Positions 17,316-26,219 of a stretch of DNA of 64,000 nucleotides are shown piece after piece. The translations under genes were made by a program, and so were the position numbers. Within the stretch, counting starts at the first letter, position 1, and each line of letters starts with the position of its first letter. The notes beneath the pieces are model-generated. The model had not been told where the DNA came from and ran no database searches. It saw only the letters and a program-made list of their open reading frames with translations. Source of the DNA: Candidatus Aminicenantes bacterium (GTDB lineage Bacteria > Acidobacteriota > Aminicenantia > Aminicenantales > Saccharicenantaceae); assembly GCA_041320535.1 (NCBI GenBank), contig JBGLNH010000001.1:1210490-1274489 (forward strand), read 5' to 3'.

Positions 17316-19387
17316 TTCACACCTCCCAGGTCGACCGTCCGGGAATCGCCCCAGGCGATCTTGGTCTCCGCGCGGACCTCGAGCTTGACGGGCTTGGCGG
17401 CCCTGACGATCCAGGTCACCGCCTGGGAGCCTCGGGCCGCGACGGCCGGGACGAGGCTCCGCGCCTTGCCCTCGACGAGGTCGAAGCCCTGCCCTCCGAG
17501 CGTGACGACGACGGGCAGGACGCGCTCGTTGCGCCGGCCCATCGCCGTCGGGTAGGGCAGGTCGGAGGCGTTCTCGATCCAGGCCTTGATCTCGTAGACG
17601 TTCGAGCCGAGGCGCTTGACCTTGGCCTCGGCGATCCTGACGCGGGCCATGCGCTTGGCGACTTCGAGGGCCCAGGGCACCTGGCCTTGAAGCAGGCCCT
17701 CGATCATCTTCGCCGGCGGCGTGGTGTCGGTGAAGGGGACGGGGCCGCCGATCTCGACGTCGCCGAGCGTCGGGTGCTTGAACGGCTTCCAGGCGACGAA
17801 GCCCTTCCCGCCGAGCTCCTTGTCGCTCCAGGCGACGAGGGCCTTCTCCTTCGGATCGGCCCCTTCCTCGCCCGGCTTCTTCGGCATCTGCTTCATCATC
17901 TCGGCCATCTTCTTGGTGTCGAACTGTCCGGACGTGATCATCGCGATGACCTGCTTGGCCTTGAAGGAGTCGGGGGCGCCGGCGCTCTTGAGGAAGGCGC
18001 CGATCTTCTCCTCGCCCAGGGCGATGAACTCGTCGTTGGTCATCTTCTCGAGCTTCTCGGGCGTGATCTCGTCGGCCGGCTTCTCCTCCTTGACCTCCGG
18101 CAGGGTCCAGAAGTCCAGGGCGAAGACGGGCAGGCCGAGGTGGTAGTAGGCCCAGAGCTCGAAGGAACCGTCCTTGTCGGCCGCCGGGTCGAGGCGCTTG
18201 GCGTCGAGCTTGGCGGCTTTGAGGAACTCCTTGTGCTTCTCCGAGATCTCCTTGTAGAACTTGAGGTCGTCGTCGAGAGGGTTGACGACCGCGCCGAGCC
18301 CGAGGAAGCTGGCGATCATGCCCTCGGTCAGCTCCATGCCGGGCGGGGCGAGGGGCCGGACCATGTCCATGATCTCGGCGATCGTGTAGGTCTTGTTCGG
18401 ATCGGCGTTGATGAAGCCGGCGACGTTCTCCGGGACCTTGATCTGGTTGAGGTCCGCCTCGCCTTTCCGGCCGCCGCGGGGCGGGGCCAGGCACCAGTTG
18501 GACTCGCCGAAGGCGAAGGCCAGCCCGACCTCGCGGTGGGCGTCGAAGAACTTGAACAGGGCGTAGGTCTCGGCCTCGCTCCCCGGCCAGAGGCCGGAGT
18601 CGGCGGCGTGATACTTGAAGAGGTGGGGGAAGGCCGTGCCGAGGTTGACGCCGCCCGGCCCGTCCTCGTCGAAGAGGCCGTCGCCGTCGTTGTCGAGGCC
18701 CTCGGCTTGGAGCTTCCACAGGCCCTTCTCGCCCTTCGTCCCGTCGGCCTTCTTCATGAGCCGCGGCTCGCCGGGGACGGCGATCCAGGCGCCCTCGGGG
18801 TCCTTGACCCGCATCTGGGCGATGATCCCGTCGCCGTCGAGGTCGTCCGGGCCGTCCTCGTCGGTCGCGTCGTCCTGGTCGTCGTTCCACGGCCGGGCGT
18901 TGCGGGCGTCGCGGCGCTGGGGCTTGGCGAAATACCGGGACGCGGCGTCGGGATTTCCGCAGGCCAGGACGTACCAGGTCCGGTCGGACCGCGCCTCGGC
19001 CTTCTCGCAGAGGAGCTTGGCCAGGTAGAGGGCGGCCTCGCCCGCGAGAGGGACCGTGCCCTCCATGTTAGCGGCGACGAAGACGGCCGGCAGGGCCTTG
19101 GCCGCCTTGGCCGTCTCGGGTCCGATCTCGAGAAGGGCCAGCTCGCGCCCCCCGGCCGTCTTGGCCAAGACGTGGACCTTGGCGAAGCCGGGATGGGCCC
19201 GGGCCAGGTCCCGGAGCGCGGCGGCCGTCTCCTCGGGCGTGTGGTAGCGGTCGAAGGCGAGGTCGGCCGCGGCAGCCGGGCCGGCGAGGCCTTCTGCGAC
19301 CGGCGACATCCCGCTCGGGCCGGCGGGTCCGAAGACGGCGCAGGCGAAGAGGATGAAGGCGAAGGGGAGCGTTCGGCGGATGGTCAC
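17312..19387 (-). CDS. M14-like lipoprotein lacking the zinc ligands (probable pseudo-peptidase)
   Basis: 691 aa. Lipobox ILFAC. The position homologous to HxxE reads NMEGTV, and FGESNW replaces FHNNGG. It has the same DxDxDG inserts. Its stop overlaps the downstream GTG (GTGA at 17312-17315). Confidence 0.7.
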   Translation of the reverse strand: MTIRRTLPFAFILFACAVFGPAGPSGMSPVAEGLAGPAAAADLAFDRYHTPEETAAALRDLARAHPGFAKVHVLAKTAGGRELALLEIGPETAKAAKALPAVFVAANMEGTVPLAGEAALYLAKLLCEKAEARSDRTWYVLACGNPDAASRYFAKPQRRDARNARPWNDDQDDATDEDGPDDLDGDGIIAQMRVKDPEGAWIAVPGEPRLMKKADGTKGEKGLWKLQAEGLDNDGDGLFDEDGPGGVNLGTAFPHLFKYHAADSGLWPGSEAETYALFKFFDAHREVGLAFAFGESNWCLAPPRGGRKGEADLNQIKVPENVAGFINADPNKTYTIAEIMDMVRPLAPPGMELTEGMIASFLGLGAVVNPLDDDLKFYKEISEKHKEFLKAAKLDAKRLDPAADKDGSFELWAYYHLGLPVFALDFWTLPEVKEEKPADEITPEKLEKMTNDEFIALGEEKIGAFLKSAGAPDSFKAKQVIAMITSGQFDTKKMAEMMKQMPKKPGEEGADPKEKALVAWSDKELGGKGFVAWKPFKHPTLGDVEIGGPVPFTDTTPPAKMIEGLLQGQVPWALEVAKRMARVRIAEAKVKRLGSNVYEIKAWIENASDLPYPTAMGRRNERVLPVVVTLGGQGFDLVEGKARSLVPAVAARGSQAVTWIVRAAKPVKLEVRAETKIAWGDSRTVDLGGVK

Positions 19388-19563
19388 GTGAGGGTACCTC
19401 CGTTCAGAGGATCTGTCCCGTCATTGTCTCAGAAGACCGGGGCGGAAATCAACGCGGACTCCCGGACTCTCTTCTCTATACGGCCCGCGAACGGGGAAGG
19501 TTCCGCCCGCCATGGACATGTTCTAAGAGAACGCCTTGGGACCGAAAGTCCGACACGATTTGC

Positions 19564-19592
19564 TTGACATCCCCCGAGTCGTCTGACAAAAT
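19564..19592 (+). promoter_or_regulatory. sigma70-type promoter candidate, TTGACA-17 nt-CAAAAT
   Basis: Hexamers at 19564-19569 and 19587-19592 in a ~450-bp lower-GC spacer, about 250 nt upstream of ATG at 19842. Confidence 0.4.
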
Positions 19593-19841
19593 CCGGGTCC
19601 AAAGGGAGTCGCGATCGATCGGAGGGCTTTGTCCGATCGGCCATGCAGAGAAGGAGGAGCGTTCAAGGATGAGCCGCCGATCCGTGTCCGAGGCGAGGGC
19701 CTCGGGCAAGGTATCGGAAGCTCCGGACGCGGCCTCTATCCCATCGAGAGGAAGAACGGGAGCTGGACCATCGCCCGCGGGCATGACCGCAAGTAAAGGG
19801 TCCCTGGAACCCTGCGAAACTTTTCTATTCAGGAGGGCATC

Positions 19842-21512
19842 ATGAAGGTCGGACGGATCGTGGGAAGTCTCTTCGTCGCCGCTGCGCTCATCGCCGGGCC
19901 GGCCTGGGCCCTGCAGATGGCGCTGCCCGGGAAGATCGTCGTCCAGTCGGCGAGCGACCCTCACCCCAAATTGACCGCGGGAGGCCCCGCGGTGACGGTC
20001 AGGCTGAACGGTCAGAACTTGGGCCTCGTCACAGGAGGCATGGTCCTGTTGAAGGGGGTCGTCGTGCGCGATATCACCGTGACCCTGGGGCCCGCGACAA
20101 CGACCTCGAGGTCCATCACCCTGACCGCCGGCTCAGGCCTGACCGGTGGCGGTACCGGTTATCAGTTACGAATGGCCGCGAGAGACCAGCTCCTCGATAT
20201 TCCGGTGACCATCTTCGTCATGGACGTTTTGGTCCCCTCCCGAACGTCGACGGCAGTCGCCCTGCCGGCCGTGACCCAGGCTTTCCCGGCCCCCAACGTC
20301 GATCTCAACCGCGTCAGGTCGGAGGGCCGCGTCGGCACGGAGGTTACGTTCTGGGGGCGCGACTTTCTGCCTGACCGGTTCCAGGCCACTATAGGCTCGA
20401 CCGTCCTCGTCGCCCTACAGATCACTTACAGGTCGACCACCCAGATGCGGGCCCGTCTGCCCGAACAGAAGATGGCCGGGCCCCTCGTCGTCAGCCACGG
20501 GACGGAGGGAAGCAAGGTCCAACTCAAGCCCGTGTTCACGGTTTACGGCCGGCCGATCGTCACCGCGGTCCGTCCTCTCTCGTTCAAACAGGGGGATTGG
20601 GTCGAGATCGTCGGCCAGGACCTCCATCGCAGCGAGCCGTACACCTCCAACACGAGCTCTGCGAATCCCTGGGTGGGCATCCAAGACGAGCCGGGAGGGA
20701 TCCAGCCGGGCAACTTCGTGGTCGCCGAGTCGTGGTCCGTGGCCGAGAACGGGACATCTGCCCGGTTCCGCGCCGGCCGGCCCAGCATTCCGGAAACGGC
20801 CCGTTTGTCAGGCAAGCTCCGCATCGTCGATCGGGAGCTCCCTGGTTTTATCGCCAGCCCATCGGCCGTGACCTGGACCGCGGGGGCCCCATTCGTCATC
20901 GACTCGGTGTACGCCCGTGAGCAATGGAACGATCAGAACGTCGATTTCCTGCTGTTAAGCGAGCAAACGCCCTCGAATCAACTCATCGCCAGGGGGACGG
21001 GCATCCTCTCCGACATGAGGGCCAAAATGGGCGCCGTCGACCTCACGACGGGAGCGTGTTCGGGAGCCCAGGGGGAATTCCGGATCCCCTACACCGCGAC
21101 TACGGATCTCGTCCAGTTCACGAGGTCGGGGTCGACCGTCCCCTCCCCCGGGTTGATCCGTGTCGCCATCAGGCCGAAATGGGACCCGGCAATGCCGCTT
21201 CGGATCAAGATCGTCCTGAACACCGAAATGGCCCTCCGGGGCTGGGGGTTGAAGCCGACGGGGATCACCGGATTGGGCTACACGATAGACTTGGCCTTGC
21301 CAGCCGGGCTGCCGCTTCAAACCCAAGTTCTCGAGCATAACGAGAACCTCATCAGGTTCAAAGTCGTTGCGACCGGCCCTCTGCCCACAGGCTATCAGAA
21401 TTACGTCCACTTCAATCCGAACGGGAATGCGATGATCCAGATCGTCGGGCGATATCAAGGAGGGAGCCCGAAGACTCTCCTGACGAAGTTGTACTACCTG
21501 GCGACGCAATAG
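19842..21512 (+). CDS. secreted surface protein with IPT/TIG-like Ig-fold repeats, function unknown
   Basis: 556 aa. RBS AGGAGG. Signal peptide ..LIAGPAWA. IPT-like segments (..GTEVTFWGRDF..; ..GDWVEIVGQDL..). Visibly lower GC than its neighbours. Confidence 0.6.
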   Translation: MKVGRIVGSLFVAAALIAGPAWALQMALPGKIVVQSASDPHPKLTAGGPAVTVRLNGQNLGLVTGGMVLLKGVVVRDITVTLGPATTTSRSITLTAGSGLTGGGTGYQLRMAARDQLLDIPVTIFVMDVLVPSRTSTAVALPAVTQAFPAPNVDLNRVRSEGRVGTEVTFWGRDFLPDRFQATIGSTVLVALQITYRSTTQMRARLPEQKMAGPLVVSHGTEGSKVQLKPVFTVYGRPIVTAVRPLSFKQGDWVEIVGQDLHRSEPYTSNTSSANPWVGIQDEPGGIQPGNFVVAESWSVAENGTSARFRAGRPSIPETARLSGKLRIVDRELPGFIASPSAVTWTAGAPFVIDSVYAREQWNDQNVDFLLLSEQTPSNQLIARGTGILSDMRAKMGAVDLTTGACSGAQGEFRIPYTATTDLVQFTRSGSTVPSPGLIRVAIRPKWDPAMPLRIKIVLNTEMALRGWGLKPTGITGLGYTIDLALPAGLPLQTQVLEHNENLIRFKVVATGPLPTGYQNYVHFNPNGNAMIQIVGRYQGGSPKTLLTKLYYLATQ

Positions 21513-21543
21513 CGTCGACGTTCGGGAATCAAGGATCACAGAG

Positions 21544-22360
21544 ATGACTCGAACACGCATCGGGCTGGCGGCCCGGGTCACGGCCTGGGGATTCATCCTG
21601 ACCCTGGCCTCATTCTCCTTCAGTCTAGAGTCGCTCGCCGCGCAGAGGACACTCGCCCCCGCGACCGCCGAGGCCCTCGCCGCGCAGTACCGCGAGCGGG
21701 GGCGGACCGCCACGGACGCCGCCCAGGCCATCAAGGACCAGTTCCGGCTCGACGCCGACGGCGCGGCCAAGGCCCTGCGGGCCGGGGGCTATCTGGGCGG
21801 GATGGTCGCCACGGGCGTCCGGTCCGTCTACGCCTTGACCGCCGCCGGGCTCGCCGGGGCCATGGTCGCGGCCGGGTTCGAGGGAGGGATCATCGCGATC
21901 GCTCTGAAGCGCGAGTTCTCCCTGACGGCCCTGGGGGTGGCCGGCGTTCTCGTCGGCGCGAGGTTCAATCTCACCTCCATCGCCGCGGGGCTCAAAACGG
22001 CGGGTTTCGGGATCGCGGACATCGTCGCGGCCCTGGCCCAGCACTTCCGCGGCGATCCGGAGAGTGTCGTCAACGCCCTCAAGTCGGCCGGCTATACCTC
22101 CGACGACTACGGCGCCCCCCTGATCCCGGCCTTCGGCCTGACCCTCAAGGACTTCGCCGCGCTCATGAAGCGGACACTCCACTCCGTGGGACAGACGGTC
22201 AAGGTCATGGTCAGGCGGCTGAGCAAGCCGGTCGACGCGGCCGCCGCGCTCGTGTGGGGCTACGTGCTCCGGACGGCGCGGGAAGTGGCGGCCGCGCTCA
22301 AGGAGGGCGGTTATCAGGCCACGGACGTCGCCGAGGGGATCAAGGCCCAATTCTCGCTCA
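21544..22360 (+). CDS. secreted/membrane-anchored protein made of ~29-residue Ala/Gly-rich repeats, 3'-truncated
   Basis: N-terminal hydrophobic segment, then repeats of the type ..AA.ALK.AGY....VA..IK.QF.LT. The last repeat stops at ..GIKAQFSLT, where the frame enters antisense DmsC sequence. Confidence 0.55.
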
Positions 22361-22666
22361 CCACGCCGACAGGGCCACGAGACCGAGGAAGACGAGCTCG
22401 AACAGGATCTCGCGGCTGAGCCAGGACGAGCGCAGGTTGCTAAGGGCGAAGCGGGCCCGGAGGGGATGCCGCAGATGGAAGAGAGAGACGAGGGCCGCCG
22501 CGGCCACCAGCGCGGCGACGAGGGCCAGCACAACCAGCCAGGTCACGAACCAGCCCGGCGAGGGAGCGCGGCCGCGGACGAGGAACGGGGCGTGGAAGAA
22601 GAGGAAGAGGCCCACGGCCATCTGGCCCAGGACGGTGAAGGCGACGAGCGGCCACTCCTTGAGCAT
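22358..22666 (-). CDS. DmsC-type membrane anchor subunit, N-terminal 102 codons only (3'-truncated)
   Basis: MLKEWPLVAFTVLGQMAVG.. and ..NLRSSWLSREILFE.. are typical of DMSO-reductase anchor subunits, which are usually about 250-290 aa. The stop appears exactly at the breakpoint. Confidence 0.65.
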   Translation of the reverse strand: MLKEWPLVAFTVLGQMAVGLFLFFHAPFLVRGRAPSPGWFVTWLVVLALVAALVAAAALVSLFHLRHPLRARFALSNLRSSWLSREILFELVFLGLVALSAW

Positions 22667-22672
22667 GCGCGG

Positions 22673-23290
22673 TCAGACTTCTTCCCAGTTGGCCACTTCG
22701 GCCGCCCGCTCCTCGGCCCGGGCCGCGTCGGGGTGGGGCTTGATGACCAGGGCCGGATCGGTCTGCGCGGGATCGGGCAGGGGGAAGATCCTCCGGACGT
22801 CGCCGTACTTCTTCCGGAGCTCGGTCAGGTCGCCGAAATCGAGGGCCCGCTGCGGGCATGCGGCGACGCACGACGGCACGCCGCCGGCGTCGATCGCGTC
22901 GTAGCAGAAGTCGCACTTGGAGACGGTGTTCGTCCGGACGTCGAAGCGGATCGCGGTGTAGGGGCAGGCCCATTCGCAGTAGCGGCAGCCGATGCAGGCC
23001 TCCGTGTCGACGAGGACGATGCCGTCCTCGCGCTTGAAGATGGCCTTGACCGGGCAGGACAGGCCGCAGACCGGCTTCTCGCAGTGGTTGCAGGCCATGG
23101 AGATGTTGTAGGCGACGACCGAAGGGACCCAGACCTCGCCCTTCTTCTCCCAGCTCCCGCCGGCCACCTCGAAGACCCGGCGCCAGAGGGTCCCGGGCTC
23201 GAGGTCGTTGCGGTCCTTGCAGGCCATCTGGCAGGCCTTGCAGCCGCTGCAGGCGGCGGAGTTGAAATAGAACCCGTACTGGGTGACCAT
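22673..23290 (-). CDS. DmsB-type 4Fe-4S ferredoxin subunit of a molybdopterin oxidoreductase
   Basis: 205 aa with four Cys clusters (CSGCKACQMAC, CNHCEKPVC, CIGCRYCEWAC, CDFC..C). Confidence 0.9.
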   Translation of the reverse strand: MVTQYGFYFNSAACSGCKACQMACKDRNDLEPGTLWRRVFEVAGGSWEKKGEVWVPSVVAYNISMACNHCEKPVCGLSCPVKAIFKREDGIVLVDTEACIGCRYCEWACPYTAIRFDVRTNTVSKCDFCYDAIDAGGVPSCVAACPQRALDFGDLTELRKKYGDVRRIFPLPDPAQTDPALVIKPHPDAARAEERAAEVANWEEV

Positions 23291-23291
23291 C

Positions 23292-25712
23292 TCAGGCCGC
23301 CTCCGCTCTCGCCACCTGGACCATGATCGTGTGCTGGGCGTTGCCGAAGGCCAGGGCGGTCCAGCGCTCCGAGGACAGGACGTTGACCGAGCCGCGCCGG
23401 TCCACGCCGTTCGCGTCGGGCGTCCACCAGGCCCCCTGGGGCAGGGCGACGACGCCGGGCATGATCCGCGGCGTCACCCGGCACTTGACGACGACGGCGC
23501 CGCGGTCGTTCCAGACGCGGACCTCTTCGCCGTTCCTGATCTTGCGCGCCCCGGCGTCGACGGGGTTGATGAACAGGCGCTGGGGGAAGGCCTCCTCGAG
23601 CCAGTCGACGCCTTCGAGCGTCGAGTGGACGCGGGAGAGATAGTGGTGGCCGATCGCCGAGAGCGGGTATTTCTCCGCTTCGGGGCCGAAGGGGCTCTCC
23701 CACTCCCGGATGTACTTGGGGACGGCCGGGATCTCGTCGGGCCGGCCCATGTCGTGGAGGCGCTTGGAGAAGATCTCGATCTTGCCGGAGGGCGTCGGCA
23801 GCGGGTGCCCGGCGGGGTCGCGCCGGAAATCGGCGAAGGCCACGGCCGGCCGGGTCACGGGCACGGAATAGATCCCCGCGTTCGAGCGCTCGAGCTCTTC
23901 GAGCGAGGGCAGGCCGGGGAAGCGCGTCTGGCGGTAGCGGTCGAGCGACCAGGCCACCCAGTCGCGCTCGGTCCGCCCCTCGGTGTAGGCCTCCTCCAGG
24001 CCGAGCCGGGCGCCGATCTCGGCGCAAATGAGGTAGTCGCTCTTGGTCTCCCCGGGCGGCTCGACGACCTTGGGCATGAGGATGACCTCGTCGCCGTACT
24101 TCCAGCCGTCCTCGAGGCCCCAGGTCTCGAACTGCGTGCAGACGGGCAGGACGATGTCGGCGAACCTGGCCGTCGGGGTCAGGAAGTTGTCCTGGACGAG
24201 GAGGAACTCGACCTTGTTCTCGTCGGCCAGGATCCGGGCCGTCCGGTTGACGTTGCCGTGCTGGTTGATGAGGGCGTTGCAGGCGACCGCCCAGATGCAC
24301 TTGATGTCCGTCCCGAGCTTGGGCGCGCCGCGGACGCCGTCGGCCGGGCCCATCTCGCGGCCCCGCAGGACGGCCTCGGTCCAGAGGAAGCTCGGGATGA
24401 GGGCCTTGACCGGGTTGTCGCCGACCGGGAAGACGAGCCAGAACGGGCCGCCGTCGGGGGCCTGGAGCGCGATGCCGCTGGCCCAGCCTCCGGGGACGCC
24501 GACGTTCCCGGTGAGGGCCGCGAGCACGCAGCCGGCCCGGACGGCCTGCTCGCCGTAGGCCCGCCGCTGCATGCCGTAGCCCTGGTAGAGGACGCCGGGC
24601 TTGGCCGTCGCGTACTCGCGGGCCAGGCGGGCGATCGTCGCCCGGGGGACGCCGCAGATGGGCTCGGCCCAGTCCGGCGTCTTCGGGACGCCGTCGCGGG
24701 TCCCCAGGAGGTAGTCCTTGTAGCTCTCGGCCCCCTCGGCGCCGGGCGGCATCTGGGCCGCGTCGAAGCCGACGCAGTGGGTGCGGACGAAGCCGGCGTC
24801 GTAGAGGCCCTCAGCGACCATGACGTGGGCCATGGCCGTCATCATGGCCGCGTCCGTGCCCGGCCGGATGGGCACCCACTCGTCGGCGAGGGAGACCGCG
24901 CTCAGGGTCATGCGGGGATCGACGCAGACGACCCGGGCCCCCTTCTCGCGGGCCTTCTGGACGAACCACTCGCTGTTCGTCCCGTCGCGCATCTCGGCCG
25001 GGTTCCAGCTCCACATCAGGATGTACTTGGAGTTGAGCCAGTCCTGGCGCTGGTTGCCGGTGACGCTCGTGCCGTAGACGTAGGGCGTCGCGGCCGAGAT
25101 GGCCGCCCACGAGTAGCTGTTGTAGAAGCCGAGCGAGCCGCCGTAGAGGTTCATCAGGCGCTGGGCCGTCTGCCGCCCGTTGATCTGGTTGTAGCTCCCG
25201 GTGCCGTAGGGGACGTAGAAGGCCTGGTTGCCGTAGGCCTTCTTGACGCGCTCGAACTCGGAGGCGATCCGGTCGAGGGCCTCGTCCCAGGAGACGCGCT
25301 CGAACCGGCCTTCGCCCCTCCGGCCCACCCTCTTGAGCGGGTGCATCAGGCGGTCCGGGTGGTACTGCCTCTTGCGGTAGGCCCGGCCGCGGACGCAGGC
25401 CCGGAGCTGCGGGTCGGCGACCGTGTCGCCGGGACGGTCGTCGGTCTCGATGCGGACGATGCGGCCGTCGCGGACGAAGGCCTTGAGGAGGCAGCGGCCG
25501 CCGCAGTTGTGGGACGGGCAGCCGACCCGGACCATGCGCTCCTCGGCCGGCGCCTGCTCGACCAGGGCGTGGCGGGGGTCGCGGCGCCGGAAGCCGGCGG
25601 CCAGGCCTTTGGACGAAGCGGCGGCGGTGCCGACGAGAGCGCTCCAGCGCAGGAAGCCGCGGCGGCTCATGGCCGAGGTCTCGATCCTCTTCTTGAGAGG
25701 AGAGCCCTTCAT
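23292..25712 (-). CDS. DmsA-type molybdopterin oxidoreductase catalytic subunit with Tat signal
   Basis: 806 aa. Twin-arginine motif SRRGFLRWS, N-terminal Cys motif CPSHNCGGRC, and molybdopterin-domain sequence throughout. Confidence 0.9.
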   Translation of the reverse strand: MKGSPLKKRIETSAMSRRGFLRWSALVGTAAASSKGLAAGFRRRDPRHALVEQAPAEERMVRVGCPSHNCGGRCLLKAFVRDGRIVRIETDDRPGDTVADPQLRACVRGRAYRKRQYHPDRLMHPLKRVGRRGEGRFERVSWDEALDRIASEFERVKKAYGNQAFYVPYGTGSYNQINGRQTAQRLMNLYGGSLGFYNSYSWAAISAATPYVYGTSVTGNQRQDWLNSKYILMWSWNPAEMRDGTNSEWFVQKAREKGARVVCVDPRMTLSAVSLADEWVPIRPGTDAAMMTAMAHVMVAEGLYDAGFVRTHCVGFDAAQMPPGAEGAESYKDYLLGTRDGVPKTPDWAEPICGVPRATIARLAREYATAKPGVLYQGYGMQRRAYGEQAVRAGCVLAALTGNVGVPGGWASGIALQAPDGGPFWLVFPVGDNPVKALIPSFLWTEAVLRGREMGPADGVRGAPKLGTDIKCIWAVACNALINQHGNVNRTARILADENKVEFLLVQDNFLTPTARFADIVLPVCTQFETWGLEDGWKYGDEVILMPKVVEPPGETKSDYLICAEIGARLGLEEAYTEGRTERDWVAWSLDRYRQTRFPGLPSLEELERSNAGIYSVPVTRPAVAFADFRRDPAGHPLPTPSGKIEIFSKRLHDMGRPDEIPAVPKYIREWESPFGPEAEKYPLSAIGHHYLSRVHSTLEGVDWLEEAFPQRLFINPVDAGARKIRNGEEVRVWNDRGAVVVKCRVTPRIMPGVVALPQGAWWTPDANGVDRRGSVNVLSSERWTALAFGNAQHTIMVQVARAEAA

Positions 25713-26128
25713 GGCCGGGACCGCCTCTCCGCCGCGGACAGAGGCTGTCCCCGCAGGGGGGCCGCCCCGTATGTCGGGGCTCGAAGGGCGACCCAGAAGG
25801 CCCCGGCCAGGGCCTCGAGGAGGATGGCCTGGATCGGATGGACGAGGGCCGGGAGGTCCGTGCCGGGGACGAAGAGGTCGAGGAGCTTGAAGGAGGCGGC
25901 CACGACGCCGGCTAGGAGGACGGCGGCGGCGCTCCGCGAGCGGGCCGCGGCCCGGCCCATGACCGCGACGGCGAACGGGACCATGACCAGGCCGGGCAGG
26001 CCGGGGACGCGGGCAAGATGCAGGAGATGGCCGAGGGTCGCCTCCCCCAGGCCCCAGACCGCGCCGTAGGTGAGCGCGATCGCCGGGAACCCTCCTCGCA
26101 GCCGGCCCGATGTGCTCATCCCGCTCAT
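25709..26128 (-). CDS. small hypothetical membrane protein at the head of the Dms-like operon
   Basis: ORF 25709..26191. Possible starts at 26128 or 26119, about 4 hydrophobic helices. Its stop overlaps the dmsA-like start (ATGA at 25709-25712). The RBS is weak. Confidence 0.45.
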   Translation of the reverse strand: MSGMSTSGRLRGGFPAIALTYGAVWGLGEATLGHLLHLARVPGLPGLVMVPFAVAVMGRAAARSRSAAAVLLAGVVAASFKLLDLFVPGTDLPALVHPIQAILLEALAGAFWVALRAPTYGAAPLRGQPLSAAERRSRP

Positions 26129-26219
26129 TCTATCAGGAAGCCGGGGGCGGTCAAGACGGAACGAGAACGCCGAGGGCGAGCTGGCCCTCAAGTGCGTCAG
26201 ATACTGAGACGGCCGCGGA

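Noticed and set aside
19669-19845. The 58-codon upstream ORF as an independent protein gene.
   Set aside because: It has no recognisable family and a Ser/Arg/Gly/Ala-rich composition. The spacing from its SD-like sequence is long (11 nt). I kept it only as a possible leader peptide in the finding.
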